Shown: piece after piece, positions 1 through 9,601 of the stretch
How the letters are laid out: each line of letters opens with the position of its first letter
How positions within the stretch are numbered: position 1 is the first letter of the stretch
From: a virus
Lineage: Duplodnaviria; Caudoviricetes
Virus record (IMG/VR): IMGVR_UViG_3300035135_000709
Span: 1 to 46,702 of that record
Reading direction: 5' to 3' (one strand)
DNA length: 46,702 nt
Translations under genes and position numbers: made by a program
Notes under the pieces: generated by a model
Told to the model about the DNA's origin: nothing
Database searches by the model: none
Seen by the model: only the letters and a program-made list of their open reading frames with translations

Positions 1-1110
1 ACGTGTGTTGGTTCAGAAGCCAATGGTGGTGATGTCTTCAATACAACCGAAGTTTTCTTTGCAGGTCTCTCTGCATCCGTAGACGTGGATACAGTAACTA
101 CATCATCGGGTGGATCAGAGAAAGAATCTCTTGCGTCGATCAAGAAGAACGCACCTCGCGCATTCGTCGCACAGAATCGTCTTGTCACTGCAGACGATTA
201 CCGTTCATTGATTCTAAACAACTACGATGCGTATATCAGAGACGCTGCATCATGGGGTGGTAACGACAACGAACCACCACAGTATGGTAAGGTGTTCGTC
301 AGTCTAAACTACGTTGACGGATTGAGCGAGTCTGCACAGAATCAAGTAAAGACATTGATTCATGAACAGTTGACATCGAACCTATCGATCATGTCTATTG
401 ACACTGTGTTCGTTGAACCAGAGTTCACTCGACTAGAACTACAGACAACGTTCCAGATCGACGCGACCAAGAACATCTCTACCCTAGAGACTCTACAGAC
501 ACAAGTCAATGCACTTGTCAAGTCTTACGTAGATACACAACTAAACAAGTTCGGCGGTACGTTCCGTCGTTCTAATCTACTTGCACAGATCGATTCGTTG
601 TCTCCAGCGATCATGAACTCACGTATGTCTGTACGTATGCAACAGAACATCGACGTGAATGCGATGATGCTTGCGTTGAACACGAACCTAACTGCCGCAG
701 GTCTACCGGCCACTGATCACCTAGATCAGGACTTCACCATTAACTTCCCGTCGCAGTTGGCGAATCCGGACAATGACGAACACACTATCACGTCATCGGT
801 ATTCGTATCAGGTACAAAGAACGTGGTCATTAAAAACCTACTAGGTTCAACCCGTTTGCAGTTGCTTGACTTGAACGGTGTATTGGTTACGGATAACATC
901 GGATACTACGATCCGGCGAAGGGTCTTGTGAAGTTGAGTGCACTGCGTATCGAATCAACTGGGTTCTCTGGTGCGAACATTCGTATCAGCGGTACACCAG
1001 CTAACCAAAGTACTGTACGCCCACTTAGAAATTACATCCTTACACTGGATGATACAATCTCTGTGTCGCGTGGTGAACTAGACACAGGTGAGATTAAGGT
1101 TCTTCTATAA
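1..1110 (+). CDS. gp6: Baseplate wedge subunit, T4 gp6-like (C-terminal part; 5' end lies upstream of the window)
   Basis: Frame is open from base 1. Contains GGSEKESLASIKKNAP..AQNRLVTADDY and WGGNDNEPPQYGKVFVS, typical of gp6/baseplate-J family; lies upstream of gp7-like and gp8 genes. Confidence 0.9.
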   Translation, partial: TCVGSEANGGDVFNTTEVFFAGLSASVDVDTVTTSSGGSEKESLASIKKNAPRAFVAQNRLVTADDYRSLILNNYDAYIRDAASWGGNDNEPPQYGKVFVSLNYVDGLSESAQNQVKTLIHEQLTSNLSIMSIDTVFVEPEFTRLELQTTFQIDATKNISTLETLQTQVNALVKSYVDTQLNKFGGTFRRSNLLAQIDSLSPAIMNSRMSVRMQQNIDVNAMMLALNTNLTAAGLPATDHLDQDFTINFPSQLANPDNDEHTITSSVFVSGTKNVVIKNLLGSTRLQLLDLNGVLVTDNIGYYDPAKGLVKLSALRIESTGFSGANIRISGTPANQSTVRPLRNYILTLDDTISVSRGELDTGEIKVLL

Positions 1111-2072
1111 TGACTGATACACTTGTAGGTAAAGACGTTTATCGACCGAGCTTTCATACCGCACAGGTAAAAGCGGTCCTACCTGAATTCTTTCAGGATC
1201 AGTATCCAAAACTCATTGAGTTCTTGGAGGCGTACTATGCCTACGAGGAAGAGAACGGTCGTACGTTCAGTGAACAGATCCACGAGTTATTCCATATCCG
1301 TGACATCACTGCGGCCGACCTAAGTGTTCTTGATCAGATACTAGATGAGATCAGTGACAACCTTGAGGTCTCATCGTTCCATCCAAACCGTGATCCAAAA
1401 CTTATGGCACGTCTCTTGGCAAAGTTCTACCGCGCCAAGGGTACACAGATGTCTATCGAGGAGTTCTTCACTGCGTTCTTTGACGAACCAGTTGAGATCA
1501 CCTACCCGAAGAAACAAATATTCCTATTGAACGACCGTCCATCTAGGTTAGGTCCGTCGTCAATGAAGTTCTTGCAGGACGATCGTAAGTTCCAGATCTT
1601 CTCAGTTCTTTTGAAAACAGGTATGTCTCTATCTGAGTACGAACCACTGTATAAGAAGATGGTTCACCCAGCGGGATGGTATCTGGCTGCAGAACTAGAG
1701 ACACAGAGTGAGGCGCATCTTAACCTGAAGGCAGGTGAGACTGTCGATCCTCTGGAAGTACCTAACTATCCGGTTATCCTTGAGTCGAATGTAATCGACC
1801 ACTTGAAACCGACTTACTCTCTACTGGTCATGGAAGAGAACGATCCGGTGGATGCACGTACACAGGCTGAGAAAGACGCCGGCGAAGGTATCATCATTAG
1901 TTCGCTCGAGACACTTGACAAGTACGAGACTATCACATTGCAACAGATCGTTGATGACTTCAACGACAGTATTGCAGAGTGGGTTAGCGTAAAGTCACCG
2001 ACACTAGATGACGGTGTACTAGATATGTCACAAGACTATGAAACTCTCGACGGCGGTGATGGTACTGGTTAA
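1110..2072 (+). CDS. Baseplate wedge protein, short gp7-like
   Basis: LPEFFQDQYPKLIEFLEAYY, FYRAKGT..SIEEFF and MVHPAG motifs as in gp7-like wedge initiators of marine T4-like phages; start overlaps gp6 stop (TAATG). Confidence 0.7.
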   Translation: MTDTLVGKDVYRPSFHTAQVKAVLPEFFQDQYPKLIEFLEAYYAYEEENGRTFSEQIHELFHIRDITAADLSVLDQILDEISDNLEVSSFHPNRDPKLMARLLAKFYRAKGTQMSIEEFFTAFFDEPVEITYPKKQIFLLNDRPSRLGPSSMKFLQDDRKFQIFSVLLKTGMSLSEYEPLYKKMVHPAGWYLAAELETQSEAHLNLKAGETVDPLEVPNYPVILESNVIDHLKPTYSLLVMEENDPVDARTQAEKDAGEGIIISSLETLDKYETITLQQIVDDFNDSIAEWVSVKSPTLDDGVLDMSQDYETLDGGDGTG

Positions 2073-3538
2073 TGGAATACTTAGATTCTGACGACGCATT
2101 AATCGTCACGAAGATCGACGGGACGGAAATCAACCCGTTAGAGTCTGCGTTCAACGTTATCAATACAAACTTCGCTTCGCTGACCGGAGGGACTGGCGAG
2201 CTCGGTAGTATCACCAACCAGAACGTCAACGGTCTACCGATCAAGATGTGGACGGGTTCGCAGACAGAGTATGACGCACTGACACCAGATAGCGATACAC
2301 TGTACTTTATCGTACCCGCAGAAGAGACCACAACCGATACTGGCGGTCCGGCACCGGACGGTACAACTGATCCAGATCCAGACTCACCGTTCAATCCGGG
2401 CGAGGACCCGAACCAACCGGGCGGGGGAGAACCGGAACCTGAGCCAGAACCAGAACCGGAACCTGAGCCTGTCGTTCTTCCGACAGGATTCCCGAACACC
2501 ACCCAAGTGCAGGACGTAACAGTCACGGGTGGATTCAGGACGCTGACTGCGTTCAACAAAGACAATGACTTTCGCATCCCTGGCCACCCGTACTGGATTG
2601 CGTACATGCCACGCAAACTCGATGTCGATACGAAGTTCAATCCAGACGGTACGTTCGAGACAGTCATATCCGATCGCAACCTTGGTGTTGATGGTCCTAT
2701 GGTTGTCGAACAGACATTGTTCACGGGTAACTGGTTGTCTCGTGCAGTCGCTGCAGGAGAGACCTATACGTGTGGGGTCGAGTTGTTACAGTTAAATGGT
2801 GTACCAGTATCGTACGTTGATCAGAGACGTTTGGGGGTTATCACTAATCCAGAACTGCAAGATGTCAACGGAGTTGACGTTACTGTGTGGCAAGGGGGTA
2901 CAATCACAAGCGTTGAGGTAGGTGAGACATCTAACTGGGGTGCGATCGGTGTATTCTTCGAAGAACACTCTGACGATCCAGATCCTCTGGTTGACACCAT
3001 GCACCTAGACCCATCGGTACCTCTCACGGGTACTGCAAGACTACGACTGTTCGTCGAAGGTCAGGGTGCACCAACGAATCAATCGGTTGAGTTCAACGTA
3101 TCCTACACACTAGAGGCTGGTCTGCTCAAGAACCTTGCACCAGAATCTCCGCTTGTATCGTTTGCGACACTGGATGGGTTTGCGAACGATCCCGACGACC
3201 GACTTCAGTTTTACTCATTCGACATATGTAAACCAAAGATGTTCCACAGTACATCGGTCTACAACGACGAAACTCTTCTGACTGCCCCTGGCCAGTCCAT
3301 CGAGTTCTACTATCAACTTGCGAGTAGTATCGGTTATCAAGCAGAGATTGAGTTTGGTACAGGTTGGGACGAAGCAGGTACCACAGTACCTATTACTCGT
3401 GGTTCATCTATATTCGGTACCATCGCCGCAGGCCATATCGGATTCGCGCAGGTCACTATCCGCGTAACCCTTGATGGGGTTCTATTCGAAAAATCACCGT
3501 TAGTATGGGCGGTCTTCATTCCACCAACAGGGATCTAA
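2072..3538 (+). CDS. Putative virion structural/fibre-associated protein with acidic Pro-rich linker
   Basis: 488-aa ORF coupled to the previous gene. WTGSQTEYDALTPDSDTLYFI resembles a motif common in phage tail-fibre/minor tail proteins, followed by an (EP)7 linker and a beta-rich C-terminal region. Confidence 0.55.
   Translation: MEYLDSDDALIVTKIDGTEINPLESAFNVINTNFASLTGGTGELGSITNQNVNGLPIKMWTGSQTEYDALTPDSDTLYFIVPAEETTTDTGGPAPDGTTDPDPDSPFNPGEDPNQPGGGEPEPEPEPEPEPEPVVLPTGFPNTTQVQDVTVTGGFRTLTAFNKDNDFRIPGHPYWIAYMPRKLDVDTKFNPDGTFETVISDRNLGVDGPMVVEQTLFTGNWLSRAVAAGETYTCGVELLQLNGVPVSYVDQRRLGVITNPELQDVNGVDVTVWQGGTITSVEVGETSNWGAIGVFFEEHSDDPDPLVDTMHLDPSVPLTGTARLRLFVEGQGAPTNQSVEFNVSYTLEAGLLKNLAPESPLVSFATLDGFANDPDDRLQFYSFDICKPKMFHSTSVYNDETLLTAPGQSIEFYYQLASSIGYQAEIEFGTGWDEAGTTVPITRGSSIFGTIAAGHIGFAQVTIRVTLDGVLFEKSPLVWAVFIPPTGI
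2429..2470 (+). repeat. (Glu-Pro)7 coding repeat
   Basis: gaaccggaacctgagccagaaccagaaccggaacctgagcct = EPEPEPEPEPEPEP with varied synonymous codons. Confidence 0.9.
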
Positions 3539-3540
3539 TG

Positions 3541-3548
3541 TATAAATA
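3541..3548 (+). promoter_or_regulatory. T4-type late promoter
   Basis: Exact TATAAATA in the intergenic gap about 45 nt before the collagen-like gene. Confidence 0.85.
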
Positions 3549-3591
3549 GAGTCATCCTTACTTTAACTTCAGTTTAGAGCGTAATAAAAAA

Positions 3592-6500
3592 ATGACTCGA
3601 CAGACTCTTAACACTGGTAGCGCCGTCAATGACGGAACAGGAGATACACTCCGTCAGGCCAGTGAAAAAATCAATGCGAACTTTCAAGAGCTGTACTCTC
3701 TAGTTGATATCAGTGGTTCGGGTGGTGTAACCGCTGAGTATTTAAGTGATTATGTTGATAGTGCAGTCGCAGCAGCATTCGTTGATGTAGACCTAGATGG
3801 TGTCATCGCAAACGCGCAGGCACTCAACCTACTAGACGCTCGTGTAACGCAACACGACTCAATTCTACAAACTCACGGAACCGATATCACTGCGATCCAA
3901 ACTATCATCGACGAAGGTGGTGGTAACGTAGGTCCGCAGGGACCAGCAGGTATTCAGGGTGGTCAAGGTATTCAAGGACCAGCGGGTCCTATTGGACCTC
4001 AAGGTGCACAGGGTGCGCAGGGTATCCAAGGCGGTACCGGAAACATAGGCCCACTAGGACCACAAGGTCCACAAGGGGTTCAGGGTATCCAAGGTGGTAC
4101 CGGAAACATTGGACCATTAGGTCCTCAAGGACCACAAGGCTCACAAGGAATACAGGGTGGCACTGGTAACATTGGACCATTAGGTCCACAGGGACCACAA
4201 GGTTCTCAAGGTATCCAAGGTGGTACAGGTAATATTGGACCTCTAGGACCTCAAGGTCCGCAGGGAAGCCAAGGTATTCAGGGTGGTACCGGAAACATAG
4301 GTCCTTTGGGACCGCAGGGACCGCAGGGTAATCAAGGTCTGCAGGGTGCCCAAGGTAACATCGGACCACTGGGACCTCAAGGACCGCAGGGTTCTCAGGG
4401 TATCCAAGGTGGACAAGGTAACATTGGACCATTAGGTCCTCAAGGACCACAAGGTTCTCAAGGTATCCAAGGGGGTCAGGGTAACATCGGACCACTGGGT
4501 CCACAAGGTGCTGCAGGTCCACAAGGTGTTCAGGGGGGTCAAGGTAATATCGGACCACTTGGACCGCAGGGACCTCAAGGTATTCAAGGAACTCAGGGTG
4601 GACAGGGTAACATCGGTCCATTGGGACCTCAAGGTTCTGCCGGCGCGACAGGTGCGCAAGGTCAACAGGGTAACATAGGTCCACTAGGCCCGCAGGGTCC
4701 ACAGGGATCGCAGGGTAGCCAAGGTGGTCAAGGTAACATTGGTCCGGTAGGTCCACAGGGTGCAACTGGTATAGCAGGTATTCAAGGTGCGACAGGTAAC
4801 GTCGGACCATTGGGACCACAGGGTCCACAAGGTGCACAGGGTCTAACTGGTAATCAGGGATCGGTTGGTGCACCTGGCCCACAAGGTCCACAAGGTATTC
4901 AGGGTCAAACAGGTCCAGAAGGTCCTAGTGGTGCAACAGGTGAGCCAGGGCCACAGGGTCCAGCAGGAACTACGCCAGGGCCACAAGGACCAACGGGTAA
5001 TACAGGTGAGCCAGGACCACAAGGTCCGGCGGGAACTACTCCTGGCCCTCAAGGTCCTCAAGGTGCGACCGGAGATCCAGGCCCTCAAGGTGCAGACGGA
5101 CCAGCGGGACCACAAGGCTCTCAGGGTCCACAAGGTATTCAAGGTACTCAGGGTGATGTAGGTAACCAAGGTCCAGACGGACCAGATGGTGCACAAGGAC
5201 CACAGGGTGCTCAGGGTTTCCGTGGATTGCAAGGTGCTGATGGTCCAGACGGACCACAGGGTCCTACTGGTGCTCAGGGTTTCCGTGGTGTACAAGGAAC
5301 TACAGGTTCTACTGGTGCACAAGGACCACAGGGTACGCAGGGGGATATCGGTAACCAAGGTCCAGACGGACCAGACGGTCCACAAGGTCCTCAAGGAACT
5401 CAAGGTAACATTGGTAACCAAGGTCCAGACGGACCAGATGGACCTCAAGGTCCTCAAGGGACTCAGGGTAACATCGGTAATCAAGGACCGGATGGCCCAG
5501 ATGGTCCTCAAGGTCCACAGGGTACTCAAGGTAATATTGGTAATCAGGGACCAGACGGTCCAGATGGACCACAGGGTCCACAAGGTACACAGGGATTCCG
5601 TGGTATTCAAGGTCCAGACGGTCCAACGGGTGCACAAGGTCCGCAGGGTGTTCAAGGTGATATTGGTAACCAAGGTCCAGACGGTCCGGACGGACCTCAA
5701 GGACCACAAGGTACCCAAGGTAATCGTGGATTGCAGGGTCCAGATGGTCCCGACGGTCCGCAAGGACCACAAGGTACCCAAGGGAATAGAGGTAATCAGG
5801 GACCAGATGGTCCAGATGGTCCGCAAGGTCCTCAAGGAACGCAGGGTTTCCGTGGTATCCAAGGTCCAGATGGGCCGGACGGACCTCAAGGTCCACAAGG
5901 TACACAGGGATTCCGTGGTAATCAGGGACCGGATGGACCGGATGGCCCACAGGGACCACAAGGGGTTCAAGGTTTCCGTGGTATCCAAGGCCCAGATGGA
6001 CCAACGGGTGCGCAAGGTCCTCAAGGTGCGCAGGGTATTCAGGGACAACAGGGTCCAGATGGACCGGATGGTCCACAGGGTGCACAAGGACCTCAAGGTA
6101 TCCAAGGTATCCAAGGTGCGACGGGTGTAACTGGTACTACTGGTACTACTGGTGCGCAGGGTGCACAAGGTGTGCAGGGTGTTCAGGGTGCAACTGGTAC
6201 AACGGGTTCTCAGGGTCCACAAGGTGCTCAGGGTATTCAAGGACAACAGGGTCCAGATGGACCGGACGGTCCTCAAGGACCTCAAGGTGTTGCGGGTCTT
6301 ACTGGTTCGCAAGGTCCAGTTGGTGGTTCAGGTAACGCAGTTATTTTCAATACGTCTACCAACCTACCTTCGAATATTGATGCAACTGCGTCTGCCGAGA
6401 TTCGTACATTCCGTGGATCTGACAATGTATTCACGGGTGACGTATGGTGGCACATTAACACTGGACGTATTTACCGTTCAACGGTTGATAGACTTGACAC

Positions 6501-6687
6501 TACTACAAATGCGACATTCACTGAGATAACCAACGGTACACGTACCACAGGCTCTACTGAAGGTGGTATTATCGATCTTAGTGGCATCCTAAATACTGCA
6601 GACAGTGGAGATCGTATTGAGTTCTCTCCAACTCGAATCGATATCTACGAAGGCAGTTCCCGACGTGTGAGGTTGGGTGAGTTGTAA
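3592..6687 (+). CDS. Collagen-like fibre protein with gp9/gp10-type N-terminal attachment motif
   Basis: N-terminus [35 protein letters not shown] matches the T4 gp9/gp10 N-terminal motif; about 800 aa of Gly-X-Y; short C-terminal domain ending RRVRLGEL. Confidence 0.9.
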   Translation: MTRQTLNTGSAVNDGTGDTLRQASEKINANFQELYSLVDISGSGGVTAEYLSDYVDSAVAAAFVDVDLDGVIANAQALNLLDARVTQHDSILQTHGTDITAIQTIIDEGGGNVGPQGPAGIQGGQGIQGPAGPIGPQGAQGAQGIQGGTGNIGPLGPQGPQGVQGIQGGTGNIGPLGPQGPQGSQGIQGGTGNIGPLGPQGPQGSQGIQGGTGNIGPLGPQGPQGSQGIQGGTGNIGPLGPQGPQGNQGLQGAQGNIGPLGPQGPQGSQGIQGGQGNIGPLGPQGPQGSQGIQGGQGNIGPLGPQGAAGPQGVQGGQGNIGPLGPQGPQGIQGTQGGQGNIGPLGPQGSAGATGAQGQQGNIGPLGPQGPQGSQGSQGGQGNIGPVGPQGATGIAGIQGATGNVGPLGPQGPQGAQGLTGNQGSVGAPGPQGPQGIQGQTGPEGPSGATGEPGPQGPAGTTPGPQGPTGNTGEPGPQGPAGTTPGPQGPQGATGDPGPQGADGPAGPQGSQGPQGIQGTQGDVGNQGPDGPDGAQGPQGAQGFRGLQGADGPDGPQGPTGAQGFRGVQGTTGSTGAQGPQGTQGDIGNQGPDGPDGPQGPQGTQGNIGNQGPDGPDGPQGPQGTQGNIGNQGPDGPDGPQGPQGTQGNIGNQGPDGPDGPQGPQGTQGFRGIQGPDGPTGAQGPQGVQGDIGNQGPDGPDGPQGPQGTQGNRGLQGPDGPDGPQGPQGTQGNRGNQGPDGPDGPQGPQGTQGFRGIQGPDGPDGPQGPQGTQGFRGNQGPDGPDGPQGPQGVQGFRGIQGPDGPTGAQGPQGAQGIQGQQGPDGPDGPQGAQGPQGIQGIQGATGVTGTTGTTGAQGAQGVQGVQGATGTTGSQGPQGAQGIQGQQGPDGPDGPQGPQGVAGLTGSQGPVGGSGNAVIFNTSTNLPSNIDATASAEIRTFRGSDNVFTGDVWWHINTGRIYRSTVDRLDTTTNATFTEITNGTRTTGSTEGGIIDLSGILNTADSGDRIEFSPTRIDIYEGSSRRVRLGEL
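3922..6339 (+). repeat. Gly-X-Y collagen repeat (about 268 triplets) with 63-nt/21-aa super-repeats
   Basis: [21 protein letters not shown] units, then [21 protein letters not shown] units; two GTTPG interruptions near the middle. Confidence 0.95.
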
Positions 6688-6710
6688 CACTTACATAATA
6701 TAGGTATATA

Positions 6711-7265
6711 ATGTTCACAATCGTTGATGATTTTTATGCGGACCCCGACGCAGTTCGGGGTTACGCTCTCCAACAAGAATTTAACATCTCTGGTAACTAT
6801 CCTGGCCTACGTACAGAACCATGCACAAATGCAGGTGGGTACGTGGATTCGATCAAGGGTGCACTAGAGAAAGCCATCGGTAAAAAGATCACGTACTTTC
6901 CACTTGATCAGTACAACACCGCATTCCAAATTACAACCGAAGACGCGAAGACGTGGATTCACCATGACTCCACTAAGTTTGCGGGTCTGGTATATCTTAC
7001 ACCGGACGCACCATTGGATGCAGGTACCGCGATCTACAAACACCGTCCTACAGGTATCATGAAACACAGTGGTAAGGTACCACTAGATCTGAATGACTTT
7101 CAGACAGATCCGAATGATTGGGATATCGTTGCCGAGGCGAAAAATATTTACAATAGACTTGTAATCTATGATGGTATGTATTATCATAGGAGTGTAGTCC
7201 CTGGCTTTGGTAAAGGTGTAACAGACGGTCGATTATTCCAGACCTTCTTCTTTGACGCGGACTAA
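6711..7265 (+). CDS. 2OG-Fe(II) oxygenase-like protein (DUF6445-like)
   Basis: IVDDFYADPDAVR start, YPGLRT, WIHHD (HxD), AGLVYLTP..GT, YNRLVIYDG..YHRS (distal His), GRLFQTFF (2OG-binding Arg). Confidence 0.75.
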   Translation: MFTIVDDFYADPDAVRGYALQQEFNISGNYPGLRTEPCTNAGGYVDSIKGALEKAIGKKITYFPLDQYNTAFQITTEDAKTWIHHDSTKFAGLVYLTPDAPLDAGTAIYKHRPTGIMKHSGKVPLDLNDFQTDPNDWDIVAEAKNIYNRLVIYDGMYYHRSVVPGFGKGVTDGRLFQTFFFDAD

Positions 7266-7267
7266 CT

Positions 7268-8158
7268 ATGAAGTTGATGACGACACTGTTGACATCTAAT
7301 GATGTCCCGAAGTTGGCCCGACTCATTCGATCCGCACAGGAAGTTGTAAAGATCACACCGATCGAATGGGAAGTCGTGGTCGTAGTTAATAGTACTCGCG
7401 AAGGGTACTACGAAGAAGTGTGTGCACTTGACCAACCGTTTCGTGTAGTCAACAGTGAGAGTAACGGGAAGCCAGGCAAAGGTAAGAACGCATGTCTCGA
7501 TGTGTTTCTACAGAGTGATGCAGACTTTGTATCGCAGATTGACGGTGACGACTTTTTGTACCCGTCCTATCTACAGTCACTCTACAATCATATTCGACAC
7601 CACCCGAGCATAGATGTCTTGGGTGTCGTTCCATGTGACTCTATTACATCATGGGAGTTGCACGGGGGTCATCGGTGGGTAGTCAATGACAAATATCATG
7701 CGAGTGTGTGGGGTACGTCTATGTGTCCACCCAATTCCAACATGGGACCACAGAAGAGTCACCTCTTCATCGACGAACGTCCCGTGTCGATTGACTTCAT
7801 TATGTTGCAGAGTCGCAAGTCTGCACAGTTTAAGATGAACGAGGACATCGGGAATGGTGAGGATCACGCCTACACTTATAAGCTGTTAGGTCAACACCAG
7901 AAGGGTAATATATCATACTTTTTGACAATGTCAAGTGATATGTACTGCATCGACAGAACGACCGAAGGGAGTGCACAGAAGGTTCATTCGTATGACGATT
8001 ACCTTGAACCAATGCGTGAAGAGGCCCGACGACATGTACCGGAGTGGCGCAGTAGTCCCTACGAGTTACCCGTAATATACAAAGAACTGCTCATGAACCA
8101 CACACAAAAAGAGATTTGGATTAACGATTTTTTAAATCGCCCCGAGCAATCCGTATAA
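7268..8158 (+). CDS. Glycosyltransferase, GT-A fold (GT2-like)
   Basis: EVVVVVNS, GKGKNACLD, QIDGDDFL (DxD) and GED motifs. Confidence 0.75.
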   Translation: MKLMTTLLTSNDVPKLARLIRSAQEVVKITPIEWEVVVVVNSTREGYYEEVCALDQPFRVVNSESNGKPGKGKNACLDVFLQSDADFVSQIDGDDFLYPSYLQSLYNHIRHHPSIDVLGVVPCDSITSWELHGGHRWVVNDKYHASVWGTSMCPPNSNMGPQKSHLFIDERPVSIDFIMLQSRKSAQFKMNEDIGNGEDHAYTYKLLGQHQKGNISYFLTMSSDMYCIDRTTEGSAQKVHSYDDYLEPMREEARRHVPEWRSSPYELPVIYKELLMNHTQKEIWINDFLNRPEQSV

Positions 8159-8161
8159 ATA
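8154..8161 (+). promoter_or_regulatory. T4-type late promoter
   Basis: TATAAATA overlapping the upstream stop codon, about 30 nt before gp8. Confidence 0.8.
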
Positions 8162-8192
8162 ATCAATATTATTTCTAACAGGAACAGATATA

Positions 8193-9593
8193 ATGCCAGC
8201 AATAGTACGACAACCAATGAGTAGAAGTCTGGCGAATGACCTATTACAAGATTTGTTGTACTCCGATAATGAGTATTACATAGGCATCGCGAAGTCGGAT
8301 ACTTTCAATGAACTGGACACCGTGGTTGATCCGATCGACTCTCCGCGTGAAGAGCGAGAGTTTAGAAACAACTTGCAGTCTATCAAAAGAATCGAAGACG
8401 CGACCATCGTTGCGAAGCGAGTTGATTGGTCATCCGGTACAGTTTACTCAGGATGGACTGACAACGCTCCATCGGACATCGTTGAGCCATGGACTCCTTG
8501 GTATGTCTTGAACGACGCCAAGGAAGTATATGTCTGTATGGTTGCAGCAACCGATCAGAACGGTGCACCTCTACCATCAACGATTGAACCGAACTATGGT
8601 CTACATGCACCGATGAGTCCGGAGACAGATCCGACTGCACCGATGTTTGGTATGCGCGAGTGGTGGAAACCGTTTACACTGGCAGACGGTTACACGTGGA
8701 AGTTCCTATACTCACTAACTCCAGAGCGCATCTATCAGTTCCTATCATCTAACCACATCCCAGTACAAGAAGCAGAACCAACTCTAGCAGGTGGTGATTC
8801 CATCGAAGATCTACAGTGGCACGTAAAGGATAAGGCCATCGGTGGTCAGATTCTATCTGTCGAGATCATCAATGCAGGTGAAGGGTTCGTTACTGCACCG
8901 ACGGTAACTATCTACGGTGACGGTGACGGTAATGCAAGTGCAACTGCAGTACTTAACGAAAATGGTCAGGTCGCGAAAATCGTGATGGACAACTTCGGTT
9001 CAGGTTACTCGTACGCACACTTCGAAGTGACTGGTGGTACAACTGATTGTGTTGCGCGTCCAGTCATTACTTCACGTCAAGGTCTGGGTTATAATCCGGT
9101 AGATGATTTAAAAACAAGTTCAGTAATGACCAACATCAAGCCAGACGGTACAGTTGACGGTACATTCATTGTACGTAATACTTTCCGTCAGATGGCGTTG
9201 ATCCGTAATCCATTATCTCTTGTTGCAGATTCATCCGGAGATCTTGTACCGTTCACAGGTCTATCTGCAAAGGTTCTACCAAGTATGACACTAACCTCTT
9301 CTGCGGGATTCCAGAAGGGTGACTTGATCACAGGATTCAACTCAGGCGCACAGGCTTGGGTCGATGACGTTGACGGTGCGGTTGTGTACTATCACCAGAA
9401 CGAGTCTACAGGTTTCCGTCCATTCCAACTAGAGCCAGTTCAGAGTCCATTAGAAACGGGTAGTATCGACTCATTGTCTCCAATGAACGAGATTGATCGA
9501 TTCTCTGGTGAGGTTCTATATATTGAGAACCGTGCACGTATTCGACGTGACGAAGAACAACAAGAAGATATTAAGATCGTAATCACTGTTTAG
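8193..9593 (+). CDS. gp8: Baseplate wedge subunit, T4 gp8-like
   Basis: YYIGIAK, RVDWSSGTVY, YVLNDAKEVYVC, DGYTWKFLY, FRQMALIRNP, and C-terminal SGEVLYIENRARIRRDEEQQEDIKIVI. Confidence 0.9.
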   Translation: MPAIVRQPMSRSLANDLLQDLLYSDNEYYIGIAKSDTFNELDTVVDPIDSPREEREFRNNLQSIKRIEDATIVAKRVDWSSGTVYSGWTDNAPSDIVEPWTPWYVLNDAKEVYVCMVAATDQNGAPLPSTIEPNYGLHAPMSPETDPTAPMFGMREWWKPFTLADGYTWKFLYSLTPERIYQFLSSNHIPVQEAEPTLAGGDSIEDLQWHVKDKAIGGQILSVEIINAGEGFVTAPTVTIYGDGDGNASATAVLNENGQVAKIVMDNFGSGYSYAHFEVTGGTTDCVARPVITSRQGLGYNPVDDLKTSSVMTNIKPDGTVDGTFIVRNTFRQMALIRNPLSLVADSSGDLVPFTGLSAKVLPSMTLTSSAGFQKGDLITGFNSGAQAWVDDVDGAVVYYHQNESTGFRPFQLEPVQSPLETGSIDSLSPMNEIDRFSGEVLYIENRARIRRDEEQQEDIKIVITV

Positions 9594-9601
9594 GATTGAT
9601 C

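Noticed and set aside
1984-2724. 246-aa minus-strand ORF with a GS repeat
   Set aside because: Antisense reading of the (EP)7 linker; the plus-strand gene is coupled to its neighbour and fits the operon.
3592-3700. Calling the collagen gene gp9 or gp10
   Set aside because: Only the short N-terminal attachment motif matches; the rest is unrelated, so no symbol was given.
3989-6529. Long alternative-frame and antisense ORFs over the collagen gene (e.g. 4843..6312 -, 5186..6130 +, 3989..4891 -)
   Set aside because: Shadows of the stop-poor Gly-X-Y repeat; low-complexity translations with no independent signals.
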